A DNA stretch of 64,000 bases from Folioceros fuciformis (Eukaryota): positions 1 through 64,000 of the forward strand of contig JBNGIO010004611.1 of the NCBI GenBank assembly GCA_049999805.1, read 5' to 3'. The notes under the pieces are model-generated. The model was not told where the DNA came from, made no database searches, and saw only the letters and a program-made list of their open reading frames with translations. Below are positions 11,373 to 24,199 of the stretch, one piece after another (the first letter of the stretch is position 1; each line of letters begins with the position of its first letter). The position numbers and the translations under genes were made by a program.

Positions 11373-13619
11373 GAGTGCGGGGCCTGCGCTTGATGGCCCC
11401 GCTTTTGATGAGCCTTGCGAGGGACGACGAGGCGTCGGAGTACATGAGAGGCCAGGTCGGGACAAGCTTCATGGACGAGGAGGGGACGTACAGCTCATTC
11501 GGAGGTTTTGTCAAGGGAGCTTGGAGTGCGTGGAGAAGAAGACCGGGTCGAAGGCAGGAGAGTAAGAACGTTAGGATATCATTTGCGAAATTGCCTATTC
11601 CCTCCTCCGCCTTCATAGGAGACAGGAACCTTGGGCGGGAGCAGGAGCTTGCTTTAACCGGGACGGAGTACGTTCCCACTGCCTTGTTTCGGCTACCGTT
11701 TTTTGAGGATGCGGATCCGGCGGAGGCAGATACAGCGCTCAATCATGTGTACGCCGGCACCATGGCCAGGACTCTCTCTCAGGTTGGTGAGGGCAGATGG
11801 CTTGGTGCCAGGATGGATGGATGGATGGACGAAATGTTGATTGAATGGGTGAGGGAATGAGTGAGTGAGTGAGTGACGGTTGGTTGGGGGTGCTGTGATG
11901 GCAGGTCGGTGGGCACCCGGTGGACACCGTCAAGACCCGGTTGCAGGTCCACGATCCTCCGCACGAGTTGATGAAGTGGAGGAAAAAAATTTCTAAGAAG
12001 GCCATCGGGATTGGACCGGTTGACATTGACAATTGGTTCTTCAAGGGTCCGGCAGATTTGTATCAAGGAGTCACGGGGGCGTTTCTTGGCACAGTCCCGA
12101 ATGCGTTCCTCTACTTTGTTGCGTATGAATGTAAGAGCCCTTGGTGTACCTGTGGGGAAGAAGCCTTCCGGAACAGAGCGCTGCCTTTGATTGAATGCGT
12201 TCCTTTTACCCTTCCCTTCACAACTTTTAATTTCCACCGATTTGTTGGCAGCCTCCAAGAAAAAGCTGGAGAAGTATCTGCCGCCAGGGCTGACCCATGT
12301 TGCATCAGCTTCCATTGGGACTGTCGTGGCTTCTGTAGTTCGAGTGAGCCTCCCCTTCCTCAATGTGGTTGTTGTAGTTTACTGCCAGCTTTCGTGTTTT
12401 CCTCTTCTTGGTTCCTTATTGCAATCTTGTTATATGCACCTCAGTCATGTTTGGGTTGGGTTGCCTTAATTGTCTCACAGGTGCCGGCCGACACTTTGAA
12501 GCACAGAGTACAGGCTTACATGCACGGGAATGGTGAGCAAACGCACTTCGCATGCTTCCTTCTCACATCGTGCTAAGTTGACAAGTTACTGCTGGTTTTT
12601 CTCTGTCGGTGACAGTCTTCGAAGCCTTCAAGTCCATCGTCACAACTGATGGGATTGGCGGCCTGTACCGTGGATTTTGGCCAACTCTTATGCGCGATGT
12701 CCCTGAAATTGTGATTCAAGTGACGTCTAGGCCTTCCAGTGCTTGAAATGCGCTAAGTCTTTTGTAGGTCTCGATGCATTCTAATGTGATTCTGCTGATG
12801 CAGTTTAGCGTGTATGAGAACTTGAGGCGCTTTCTGCAGTCCAAGAGAAAGGTCAACAAACTGACGTAAGTAGAGACGGCTGTCTGTCATCATTCTCCGT
12901 CCTCCAACTCTAGCGGCATGGTAATTTTTCGCAAGTTATGCTCTCACATGTCTATTCTCGCTTCTCAAAGTCCTTCCTTTCTGTGTTGTGTTGAGGCTGC
13001 AGGACACCCGAGCACTTGGTGCTTGGCGCAGTTGCAGGAGCTGTTGCGGCAACATGTACCATGCCAGTAAGCGTGCGCTCGAAGTTTACTGCTCCAAGTA
13101 GTAGATCCAGTGCTGCCCTTGTGGACCGGTTGTCTGTTGTTCATCAATCCCTTGCCTTGCTTCCACAGCTTGATCTTGTCAAGACTCGGCAGCAATGTGG
13201 AATGTCCGTCAGCGTCCACAGAGTCGCTCTGGCTGTGGTTGAAGAAAACGGAGTGCGTGGCTTATTTGCTGGGCTGGTATGCCAGTTTCTCATGCTGCCT
13301 CAACTTGCTCTGCATCTGGACCTGTACCTGCATGGCACTCTCATACTGACTGAGCTGTGTCCCTTGTGTTGTGCAGGGTGCTCGTGCATTCCATGTGTCC
13401 CTCATGTCAGCCCTCTTCTTTGGGCTTTTCGAGTACTGCAAGCTGGTAAGCTGCTGCACTTGCAGAGTCTCACTTCCTAAGCTGTTTCGATAAGCTAATC
13501 GACCGTTGTGTCAGGTGCTCAAGCCCGATCGAACTCCATCAGACAAGCTGTTCATCCCCAAAATTTGGAACAAAAGGCGGGATAAGATCTGGAAGCGACA
13601 ATTTGTATATACTGAATGA
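11373..13619 (+). CDS. Mitochondrial carrier family (SLC25) protein, SAM-carrier-like, at least 10 exons; 5' end unresolved (probably extends into 10.4-11.3 kb)
   Basis: Three Px[DE]xx[KR]x[RK] signatures across spliced exons (HPVDTVKTRLQ, VPADTLKHRVQ, MPLDLVKTRQQ) plus LYQGVTG, GIGGLYRGFWPTLMRDVP and GVRGLFAGL; ends ..KIWKRQFVYTE* at 13617-13619. Confidence 0.88.
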
Positions 13620-15028
13620 CGTTAAACCATCATTCTTTGTTTGTTGCTTGCTTGTTTAGCAAAAGGATGGGGAGGGGTGCACTTGGACATCATGCTGTCA
13701 AGCGCTTGTTTCAGCGGTGAGCCAAGAGTAAGGTGCATGTTATGAAAGGTTGTATGTTCAGGTTTGCTTAGCGAGTGCATGCCTGCAGTAGCTGTCAGTG
13801 GTCCAGCCATGCATCTATCCGTCCAGTCGAGAGCGAAGACAAAGGGGGGTTCTTACAAGTGGCATGGTCTGAAATACGTCCTTCTCGTCTTGCTGGAACC
13901 ACCAAACGTAGTGAACTTGGCTGAGGATCTGACTCCCTTCGCCTCAATTTGCAGGGTATCGGTGCTTGGTCTTCCGGGGAGAGTTCCATGGGACATTCCT
14001 TCGATGATACCTTTCTATCAATTTGTCGACATTAACTTGCTAGACTGTAATTCTCCGATTCATCTCCGGCCATCTTGTTTCTAGCGTACTCAGCGATAGC
14101 CGGCGTTAGGTGTGTACAGATTTATGGCGATATTTTTACCCTGATAAAGTGAACTGAAGAAATGTCCAATTTGAGGTAAAGCATCCTCGCAAATCTAAGT
14201 TCGTAGCCCCATTTTGCCCTCTTTGTTCGAACAAGGCACAATCAGATGCGCGACTTGCCTGTTTGCAGGTTAGAAGATTTCCAAGTGTCGGCGGATGTAG
14301 TGGTGTTACTGTTCTCCGACGCTCCAGCAAGCTTGCGCAAGCCAATAGTTGTTCTCGTGCCACTTCGCCTCGCTCTATGTAGAATTCAGGACACTCAGAG
14401 ACTAGAGCAATCTTCGGCAAAGACTGAAAAAACGTGCAACGAAAACGACCTAATGACCCCAGACATCCGACTAACTGCTCCCATTTCGTCTTCTTCCTCT
14501 TGGCGCACAGAACATTTGCGGCGGTTCGCAGGGAACGGCCATAAACGATTAGTATGGATGAGCAAGTGACGATCGATTTTGGAAGACCAACGCTTCGAGC
14601 TGGCAGTTATGGCAGTGGCCGTTAACATTCTTGTCGGCCGAAGTTGCGTTCGAAGGAGGAGCTCGAGTCTGGGGAGGAGAGGGAAAGCTCGTTACAAGGG
14701 CAAAGGATGGGGGATAGGACCGCGGTGGCAAAGCCTTCGTCTTTGCATGAAATGGCGGGAGCAGTCCCACAAATCTCTCCCCGTTCCCTCGGTTCTCTCA
14801 CTGATTCACTTCAGCCTAAATTTCTGTTTTGGAACACAGTTTGGTTGCTCCCGCCCTGTGCCACCGGCTCTCAAATTCTCCCCTCCGCTTGCCATCTCTC
14901 CCTCTGTTTGCTCTTTGTGGCCTTGCGGCACGATTTCATGAGCTCTGAGCGTGCGCCGTCCCCACCATCGGCAGCGCGGCCGGGTCATTGTTTCTGAAAG
15001 GGGCCTTCAAGGCAGCGTAGGTATCAAA

Positions 15029-16451
15029 ATGGGGGGCCGTCTGTACGAAGAGTTGGATCACCCCCGGATGGGGTCCCAACGTGCATCCACGGGAAGGAAC
15101 ACGGTGCTGGTGAAGCCCGCTTGTGGCAAGGTGACTTGCGGCTTCTCTTTCCCAGAAACATGATCAGGAACCAGTTGATGCTCCAACCTTCAGCCGTGGT
15201 AAAGCCACTTGTTGTTTTGGCAGGTGAAGGCTGTCACAATGTCACTACCGAGGTCTGGATTCATCTACGGAAACGTGATTCCACATGGAATTGGGGTGAA
15301 GGAAGGTTCTAAATTCTAACACCAGTTGCCAACATCTATGTGGGATGCAACGTGCGTCTAATGTCTGCATACTTGCGTTAACGCCGTATAGCTCCTTCGT
15401 GCGGCGGGCTCTGCAGTGATTATGCACCATGAGCAAGAGCATGAAGATGCAAAGCTCTCTTGTGGGCCAGACTTCAAGGCCATGAACAGAGCTGCTTGTG
15501 ACGCGTAAATATACTCATCCTGGATTACCACTACAGCCTTTTAAAATCCTGCTGTTCCCTCGTGAACTGTTTGGTCATGCTGAAAAGGTAGAGGATTTGG
15601 TGTGTTTGTTTCCCACCAGGGGATGCACAAATGCGCACGAGCAATATTTGTGGCGGAAGGATCACCTTATTCGTCTACCCGGAAGCAAACCACTGGTAAC
15701 TTAAGCTGTCGCACAAAATCACTTAGAATTATAAGTGTTCCCGCCAGAAGAATTCAAGCACAAACAGGCCATTCCTTCCGTCTTCATATGTACAATGAAA
15801 TGGCCGGAACCTGCAGAATTCTGGATATCCTCTTCCATCGCACAAGGATCCTCAGTACACTTACGGAAGCCCATTGGGATTGTGAGTAAAACATCCCCTA
15901 TTTCTACCAACGCTGCATGCACAGTGAGAGGGAAATATGTTTCTGACTGACCACCCCCTGCTCTTCATCCTCTTCTGCACAGGCATGTTCCCATCAACAA
16001 AGTGGTAGAAGGAGCATATGCCGATGAGTGGATCCAGATGAATTTGGTATACCAAAAAGAGTACCCCGTGTATGACCCACTGGATCCTCAGTACCTGGTG
16101 TACAAGTATACCCACCCGAAATCTAACAGAACTGCACAACTCATCAAGAAGTACTGCACCGAAAGGATGGTGCAGAAACCACCCAAGACGAGGTTTGTCA
16201 TATCGAGGTTTCAGAATGTACCGAAAAGGATAGACAACAACAACAACAACCCTCTTAACCGCAACAGACCAGCAAGCCCTTTCGTGAACTTCCCAGATCC
16301 CCCAAGACTTGCCCGTCGGTTGGACAGGCCATGGAACGGGAAGACGCTGGAGAAGGAACATGATAGACCAGTGCACAAGCAGCAGCAGCAGCAGGCGCAG
16401 GCAGCAAAGGCAGAAGACGGACATGGGAAGGGACCTGGGTGTGAGCAATGA
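15029..16451 (+). CDS. CFAP77: Cilia- and flagella-associated protein 77 (FAP77, axonemal microtubule inner protein), about 6 exons
   Basis: Spliced: RNTVLVKPACGK | VKAVTMSLPRSGFIYG..GVKE | ..PDFKAMNRAACDA | GCTNAHEQYLWRKDHLIRL | ..LPSHKDPQYTYGSP | HVPINKVVEGAYADEWIQ. Motif order matches the CFAP77 family as I recall it (L.K..GK..LP..F.YG..GV.E / MNR.A..G / YG.P / P..L...Y..W). Confidence 0.8.
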
Positions 16452-16514
16452 ATAGAAACAAAATTTTGATATCCCCTCGAATGATGATCTCCCCAAACAA
16501 CGAGTGTTGGTTTT

Positions 16515-18009
16515 CTAGGTAGAATCCGGTGTCCGGATTGTGGGAAATGCCAAATTCTTGAGGCTTGTTTTCCTCACCAACTCTCGCATCCGTTTGGGGG
16601 ACGGAGGCGGTGACAGATCAGGCGCTCCAGGGTCACCAAGTTTGACTTCCCGGCGCGTTTTGATGGGAGGCAACGCTTTCTGCAGCGCCAGATCCTTTTC
16701 CTGAAAACAAATGGATCATCTCGTCACTTGTGCCTCTCCAACCACTGAATAAGCCCTAAGACAAAAAGGAAAGAAAAGCACGACCGTGGTCTTACATCGT
16801 GGAAAAGCTCTCGTTTAGTGCTGTGTCTGGAGCTAACAGTGCAAGGTGATGATCCATCCACTGACAGACACCCCAGCTCGTGCTCAAATGACACTGCGGA
16901 CACCGAAACCAGGACTTGTGCTGGTCAGTACAGCGCACGCTTCTACGTGCCCAAGCGAGCACAATTCAGCAATTCAACGTTTACCAGAATTGGAATCGTC
17001 AAGCGACCGGCATTTGTTTTGTTCCGCTGCTCTAACCAGCACCGCGATCTCCTGCACGGTGGACATTCTTCGCAACAGCGCCGCGTTCGTTTCTCGAAAC
17101 GCTAGTACACGCTGCCTTCAACGAATTAGCACTTGGAGACAGAGGTCGATCTTGACTCAATATCTGATCCAACTCAACGAGATAGTCGACGGAAAATTTC
17201 CTGACCACTCCCAGTCCAAAGCGGCTGAGACTGAGGCTGAGGCGACTGGGCGGCAGAGGATCTAGCCCTCGAGCAGGCAGCACGCACGTCCAGAGCAAAG
17301 CAGAGCAGGCCGGGTCTACGAGTCTCTCGAACACAACAGATGTAGTCCGCTTAACCTCCAAGCGAGGCTTTGTTAAGTTAACGCAAGTCCGATAGGCACG
17401 AGACCGTTATACGATAAAATATGGGTACGGTCGCCGAGGCTGCAGCACGCGTTCTAATTCCTTTGCGCCAAGATCGGGACCTGAACATGGTGGCCGTCCC
17501 ACAAGCCGCCACAGAGGCAAGCGCAATTTCAGCTCTAGGATGTGGCCCCCTCCCAGTAGCAAGACTCCACCACAAGTCTGCCAACACCGCCTTCCTTGTT
17601 GTCGCTAGTGACAAACCCTAGTCCGTAACAGGCCACTCGCTATTCGCTTTCGTGGCTTTGCTGCACTTCATCATGAGGAGGATATAGAAAGCCAGGAAGG
17701 GCGTGTGGCTGTGGTTGGCACTGTCGGAGGACACACCTCTCGATCTGCTGAGATAAAGCCAGCTTCGACGGAGCTATCAGAGTAGATTGTGTGCTTTCCA
17801 TGCCTGATTCCTGAGGCGAAGAATGGTGGCCCTGGATTTTTACTTCGTCTTATTCTGCTACTTGTTCTCTGTGTTTGAGGAGAATGGATATGTGGCTTTA
17901 AGACTTGCAGTTTGGATCTGCGATGGCAAGTCTTGCTGATGAGCAGACCTGTCTTTCCTACGGTGAGAGTGGGCATTGCGTGCAGCAGGTTGGTCCCGAT
18001 GCATGGCAT
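16515..18009 (-). CDS. Probable multi-exon gene of unknown function between CFAP77 and CFAP99 (5' part unresolved)
   Basis: Exon-like units with AG/GT flanks on the - strand: FRETNAALLRRMSTVQEIAVL (~17037-17101), VDGSSPCTVSSRHSTKRELFHD (~16796-16860) and a terminal EKDLALQKALPPIKTRREVKL..SPPPSPKRMRELVRKTSLKNLAFPTIRTPDST* (16515-16700). No family recognised. Confidence 0.35.
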
Positions 18010-18170
18010 TTACGATATGAGCATCCTGATAAGGATGAGGACTCCCAGTTGCCACGACATTCTAGGGATTGATGAAGCACATTTCATGTTCGAAGGGATG
18101 CGTGGATGGTCCAGCGCTTTTTGCAAACCCTATCTGGTGCACACATGTAAACTAGGACAGTGAGGACAAC

Positions 18171-21100
18171 ATGGATGACGCCGTTAGTGATGCTCCGTCT
18201 GCGGCTGGGGAAGCAACGCCTTCCGCGGGAGGATCCAGCTCGCATGTGACTGACCAATTATTACACAAAATGAAAGCCAGGAAAAAGAATAGATTTACGG
18301 CCCGGCAACTTGTCTACTGTGCGGAGAAGCTGCTGGAGAGCTTCCAGTTCGAGCAGCTGACCGGAGAGACCCCCGATGCTCACGCCGACATCTTTCTCCC
18401 CAAATATCCTGTCACGCATCCCCATGACATCATCTTCCTCAAACAAGTACGATTCCTCCACCCTGTCGTCTCATGATCCTCCTCCCACCACCAAAGCCAC
18501 TTGCTGAGTTCAGCTGGCACCAACCTGCCATCCAGGCCTAATTGACAGCTTGACTGAGCGAAATTGAAAGGCGCTGTCGACAATCATGCAGGTTCTGTAT
18601 GGCTGTTACAGATATGAGCCGCTCATCAAGGCGTTTGAGCGACAGCTCTTTGACAACAAGCTGGGCGAGGTGAATTTTGCAGACCACAGCAAATACAGGA
18701 TTTTTGCCTATCTTCTTTTCGTTCGGCTTGAAGAGCTTACCTTCAAACTCTTCACGTAACACCTCAATCTATCCCCATGATTTTTTTTTCTGTTCTTTTC
18801 TTTTGCATGTTTGTACTTACGTCACAAAATGTTAAATGTATGAAAGCTTAGTTTAATTTATCATGTAAAAGTATGCGACTACAGAGTATTTGTGAACAGC
18901 CAAGATGCCCAAAAAATGCTTCCTTTCTTGGTGTTTATTTTTGAGGAAAATGGTTTAGTTAAAATTGTTAGAGAACATTGGCTCAAGCACTATGATTCCG
19001 AGGTGAGTTTTTTTCTCTTAATGTTGTATAATAATATCTTAACTTGTGCGATATGAAAACTAAGATGTTTGTTTTTAACGTGTTTCATTCTCCATCTTCT
19101 CTTCTTCATCTTCTCCTTGGGGTGTTACTATAGTACATTGATCAACTTATCAATGGCCTTTTTGTATGGCGTCAAGAATTCATGGAGCTCACCCAGAGGT
19201 AGAAGATTGTACTTATTTTTTGAATATTTTTATCAAAATTATTGATATTATTATTGACGAATCTTGTGAACTAATTGCAGGCAACGAGATAGAATTGAGA
19301 TCAAAGAAGGAAGACGTGGCTTCAAACCGACCATTCCTGATCCATTTGTTTTTTCATTCATCAAACCTCGACCACCACCTTCCCCACGCCCACCTGTAAG
19401 ATAAAAGTATCTTACTTCAAAAACATTCGCACAAAACTTTCATCTTTTTCCTATCATCTTTTTCCTATCGATCTAACCAAGTTTGATATTCAGTCACCAC
19501 CATTCAAAGCAACACGATGTCCACCACAATGGTTTGGCTTACCAAAGGAGCAACTTCAATTACCAAGTATCTCTTCAGAAAATCGACGAAAACAAGAAGA
19601 ATACTATGCTCGCTATCCACAATTTCACTTATGGGCATTCCATCGACCTTCAAACCTCGAGACAATAAAAGAGGAAGTAAGTTTCATGATAATTAGACAT
19701 TAGTTAATCACTTAACTTCTATTGAAAAGAATGTAGCAAAAGATGGGTCACACGCACAGATAATAAATATTTCATGCAAAAATTACAACAGGCAGAATTA
19801 AAGTTTCATGAGGAGAATGTATACATCCCAACATTTCAGCATCCCATTCCAGCACCACCCACAAATGAGGTATAGTCCAAATGAGGTAACAATACCTTAT
19901 TATGTATTGTTAGACTTTTTTTTTCAATTTTTTTCTTAATTTTGACTCACTATTAATATATTTTGCATAGATTTACCTCACAGCATCAGCTTTATTGAGA
20001 GAAGCTGCAGTCTTTCAAAGGAAAAGAGATGAGGATGTAGCAAAAATTGAAGCCATTAGAGTAGAATTGTTAGACGATTCAGCATTAAAGCAGGCACAGG
20101 TAAGTATTTACATATCTTCGTGATACTCTTATGAAGAGACTCTTACATCATGTACCATGATCATAAACCTGTACTAATTTTTCGTTGTAGAAAGAACAAA
20201 GATTGTTGGAAGAAGAATATGAAATTGTTTCACGCCAATTGTTGAAAGCATCTGTGATTGAAACAGAACATAATGCCAACATTGCAAGGCTGGCTATGGT
20301 AATTTTACTTTTATTTATTTATGGGTTGAAAAGATTATGAAATATAGTTGTAACAAAGAGTGAGCATGGGTCAGGAAGAGGAGAATAGAGAAGTTGCTGC
20401 AGCAGTTCGTCAGGAACATAAGAGATTAGATCTTATGAAACGTGAAGATGAGTTCACAGAAGTGATGATCCAAAAAATAAGATGTGAAAAGATCATTGAG
20501 GACAGAGCAAATATAAAGGTAGTAAACTACTCTTCTCTTTCAACTAATAAACTACATGTTATTGGGTAAAATGGTAGGATAAAAAAATATTTTGAATTTT
20601 ACTGAAGACTAACTAGGTATGAAGTTTTGAATCCATAGTTAGCTCACAATCAAGTGGTAGCACAAAAGAAACAAAAGTGGAAAAAGATTGTGAAAGAAAC
20701 CCATGAAAATGCCCAGAAGGTAGGAATTGAACGTGCAGTAGATGAACAATATAAGAAGGACCTTGTGAGACAATTACGGGTAAATATTATTCCATTAAAT
20801 TTGAGATTTATACTATTTTTACAAAATGGACATCAAGAAATGTATTTTACTTGGCTGTATATATACAGGCTGTGGAGTTGGAGTCGTGTCACTATCCAAA
20901 AGAAATTCCATTGTGGAATTATACCCACGGTTATGGTTTCCTGTCGGAGATATCCATGGCGCAAGCTCAATTTCAGTACAAACTGTGGAAGGAAAACGAG
21001 AAAACTTTGGAGGAGATGAGAAGAGAGGAGATTCAGCTCAAACAAGATTCTGTAAGTAGACCTAGATTTGTGAAAACGAGATGGGTTACTTGATGGTGTG

Positions 21101-21316
21101 TTTTCTAATGCTCTTCCCAAGTGGTGACAGAGGCGAGAAATGTTGATGGGAAAGGGTGTGTTTGTGGAGCGAATGCGATTGCTTGCTATAGCCAAAGGAA
21201 CGGCTCGTAGGGAAGGTGAGAAGTTGGCTAAGGATTCTAATAAGAAAGCTGCAGCAGCCATTGCGCGTCAACGAATCCTGGCTGCTATGGTGCATCCCAA
21301 AGTGCGAGTAGTGTGA
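18171..21316 (+). CDS. CFAP99: Cilia- and flagella-associated protein 99 (FAP99), many short exons
   Basis: Exon 1 (18171-18446) ..LVYCAEKLLESF..DIIFLKQ | VLYGCYRYEPLIKAF..DHSKYRIFAYLLFVRLEELTFKLF | RVFVNSQDAQKMLPFLVFIFEE..VREHWLKHYDSE | YIDQLINGLFVWRQEF, then coiled-coil exons, YGFLSEISMAQ and a final ..MVHPKVRVV*. The N-terminal pattern (VL.GC..Y..L / YL..RLEEL.F..F / SQ...KM..FL.F.F / W...Y) is that of CFAP99. Confidence 0.8.
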
Positions 21317-21609
21317 TGTGCCGCAAACCTCGTTTTCCAAGAAATGAATTTGTTTACAAGATTGACGGTATTAGCAGTTAGACCCGAGTTCTACAGTAGG
21401 AAAGAAAGCAGGCTAGAACGGGATGTGCTTACCCTTCCTCTTTGTCCAACCAGACTCCTCTAGTTCGGCAGTACCAGGATGGAAACCAGCATGACATTTC
21501 TGTTGATGAGTCCGAGTCCATCCAGATCCTTGCTAGCATCGAATGCTTCTTCATATGTTTAGGGTAGGGAATATGTACAGATAGCATGGAGGTGACTGGC
21601 AATCCTTAT

Positions 21610-23206
21610 TTAATACCAATCCACCCATTTGTCGGACGACTTTGGTTGCCGCTTCTTTGGAGGTTGGTATCTGCCATTCTCAAATCTTGCACGGGCGATT
21701 AGTCCTTCCATCAACAAGGCTACTTCGTCTGAGAGAGTGGCGTTCTCTATACATCTGATGGACAGACATCACATACCACATTTCGTTAGTATTAGACCGC
21801 TGACGAGGGATCAGGTGAAGCGTTTCACGCTGATTTACAGGTGGAGGTGCTCACCTTTGCAGAATCTCCTCCAGTCTCTTTCTCTGAAGAGGGGTGACAA
21901 AGTGGATGCAGTTTCTGGGGCACTGCCCTGCTGCTGTGTAAACTGAGTACTCGGAACCTTGACCTAGGAGGAGGGAGGGAGGGAGGGAGGCACATACAGA
22001 AAACACAGATGAGGAGGATGTAACAGGTTGTGGGAGATGGGAGACTGGGACAGCAGCAGGAGTGTGGATCCAAACCTTGAGATACAGCTCGTGCCCGACC
22101 AGTGTCAGTGGCTAAGGTGAACACGCCAGGGGCTCTTTGGACGCACGAGTATGGGCAGCCTGCAGTCATTTGTATGGCCCAACGTGTAAGATCACGCGAG
22201 ACAGAAGGAGGGATAGCAAAAGACTTCTCCCATCACATAGCAGGAAAGAAAACGAAAGTTAGGACATTTTACTTCTTCCGATACACTCTAGCTCGTTCAC
22301 AAACACATCTTCTGCGACACATTCTGGTTCCTCGAAAGGGTCAGCATTTCTCCTGTGCATGGACGACACGCGATTATCCTCCACAGTTAACAAGGTAATC
22401 ACAACATCACACCTTGCCAACTACAATCTCTTCCTACCTTCTGAGGAGCGACAAACGAGATGTGTCGCTGGACAGCAACTACAAGACGTTCGAAACAGGC
22501 ATTTTCACTATTAGCTCCAGCCATCCAATTGCCGATCCGCTTAGCTTCTTCACAGCGATGCTAAACCTTTCCTTCTTTGCTACACCTACCGAATCATGCA
22601 TGCTCCGATTGAATTCACCACTCACTCACTCACTCACTCACTCACTTCATAGGCTCGAAGCAAAAGTTGTGTGATGCCATTTGCGTCATCAGCTCCCTTG
22701 TACACATCCGGGTGATACTCTTTCACCTGAAAGGAAACGACTGACACGTCCTTCACAGGCCCAAACAACCATAAACAACCATAACCCCCGCCGCCCCATC
22801 CCCTCGCACCCCACTCCTCCCCAACCCCGTCAACATTTCCTGAAGAAACTTGGCCATACCCTTGCACGGAAAGCATCTTTTATTTCTTGCTCAGTGCATT
22901 CCTCTGTAACTCCTAGCACTTCATAGGGGTCAGCCTGCGACATCCACTCAGGACTTCCCACACCATTCTTGTCTGCATTGGCTCTCACTCCTCCTGTTCG
23001 AGATTCAACACACCAGCAACTGAGTTGCACAACGCCCACAAAAGGACAGGCCGACATAAAATGCAAAGTTCCATTCCCTTCTCACCCTGCAGCCTGTCCT
23101 GTGGTCCAAATTGCAAAACCTTGCTGGATCCCAGACCAGCTCCATGACACCAACTGGTGAAGCGTGGCTGCAGGAAATGAGCACAGGGAAAGGCCAAACG
23201 AGCCAT
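21610..23206 (-). CDS. Chloroplast DnaJ-domain chaperone with C-terminal 4Fe-4S ferredoxin-like domain (DJC82-like)
   Basis: Transit-peptide-like MARLAFPCAHFLQPRF; J domain DPYEVLGVTEECTEQEIKDAFRAR|VKEYHPDV (HPD motif); DPFEEPEC..DVFVNELECIGR|GCPYSCVQRAP..|..QCPRNCIHFVTP; C-terminus ARFENGRYQPPKKRQPKSSDKWVDWY*. Confidence 0.88.
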
Positions 23207-23530
23207 CTTAAACCAGAAAGCTCCACATCGGACGCGTTCTGTCCATCAAGCAAAACGATTCCTGGACTTTTTCTTTGTGGGATTCATCGTATCGACCATT
23301 TCAGCGTGGCTTTCGAGATAACACGACGCAGAAAAGCAAAACCAATTATTAAATAATGAATCAAGACTACCTAAACACATCAAATGTCTACCATCAACAC
23401 AGCTATCCAAATCAAATCAAACTCAGCAGCTTCTTCTAGGACATCATACACAGCTATCTATATTCTTGAAGTTCCAACTACATCCTTAGCCTTAGCGAAG
23501 AAGAATCAATATCCACTACTTGCCCTCTAC

Positions 23531-24199
23531 TCAAAAACATTTTACAACAGGCTTCCTCAAAGTAAGATCTGGTTTCTTCCTAAACTTATTGGAAGCTTCT
23601 TGAATACTTTGATCCGCCCAATTCACAACCCATGACTGCTCTCTTTTCTGCAACTCTTTCTTGCTGATCTCAATATTCCTCTTCTTTAAAACCGGTGGTG
23701 GAACATGCCTTATAGGTTTAGAAGGTTTCCTGAAGGAAAACTCCTTCCTCGAATGTGCTTCACCAACAAAACCAGGATCAAGGGTTGCTGAAGAGAGATC
23801 CAATTCATTATCCAAACTTGGGATATCAACCCCCCTCATGTTCAGTAACTCCATAACAACATCATCTAAGACATGATCTGATAATTCAGCACCCCTCACA
23901 TATTGTTGCACAGGTTCATTCTCGTATGTTAAAGCTTGCAGTTGGTGTTTGTAGTTTCCATTGATAGCAACAAAACCCTTCATCTTCTTTGGATTTTCGG
24001 GCGACAATCGACCCACACTAGCTATTTGAGAAGAAATGTAAGGAGTATTTGTTGCATTTGACAACACTGGTGCAGAATGAGCTTTGGCAGATTCCCTTCG
24101 ACCATTCAAGTCCCATTTCATTGATGTAGTATGAGAATTTGAAGATGGCCTTTTGGATTCTATCTTAACTCCTGAAGTTGAAAATACATTCATAAGCAT
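23531..24199 (-). CDS. Hypothetical 222-aa protein (single exon, Ser/Lys-rich, no recognised domain)
   Basis: 669-nt ATG-initiated ORF in AT-rich DNA where long ORFs are unlikely by chance; contains a helical-looking segment DHVLDDVVMELLNMRG. Confidence 0.45.
   Translation of the reverse strand: MLMNVFSTSGVKIESKRPSSNSHTTSMKWDLNGRRESAKAHSAPVLSNATNTPYISSQIASVGRLSPENPKKMKGFVAINGNYKHQLQALTYENEPVQQYVRGAELSDHVLDDVVMELLNMRGVDIPSLDNELDLSSATLDPGFVGEAHSRKEFSFRKPSKPIRHVPPPVLKKRNIEISKKELQKREQSWVVNWADQSIQEASNKFRKKPDLTLRKPVVKCF

Noticed and set aside
13780-14950. Possible small - strand gene between the carrier gene and CFAP77
   Set aside because: No coherent exon chain or recognisable motif.
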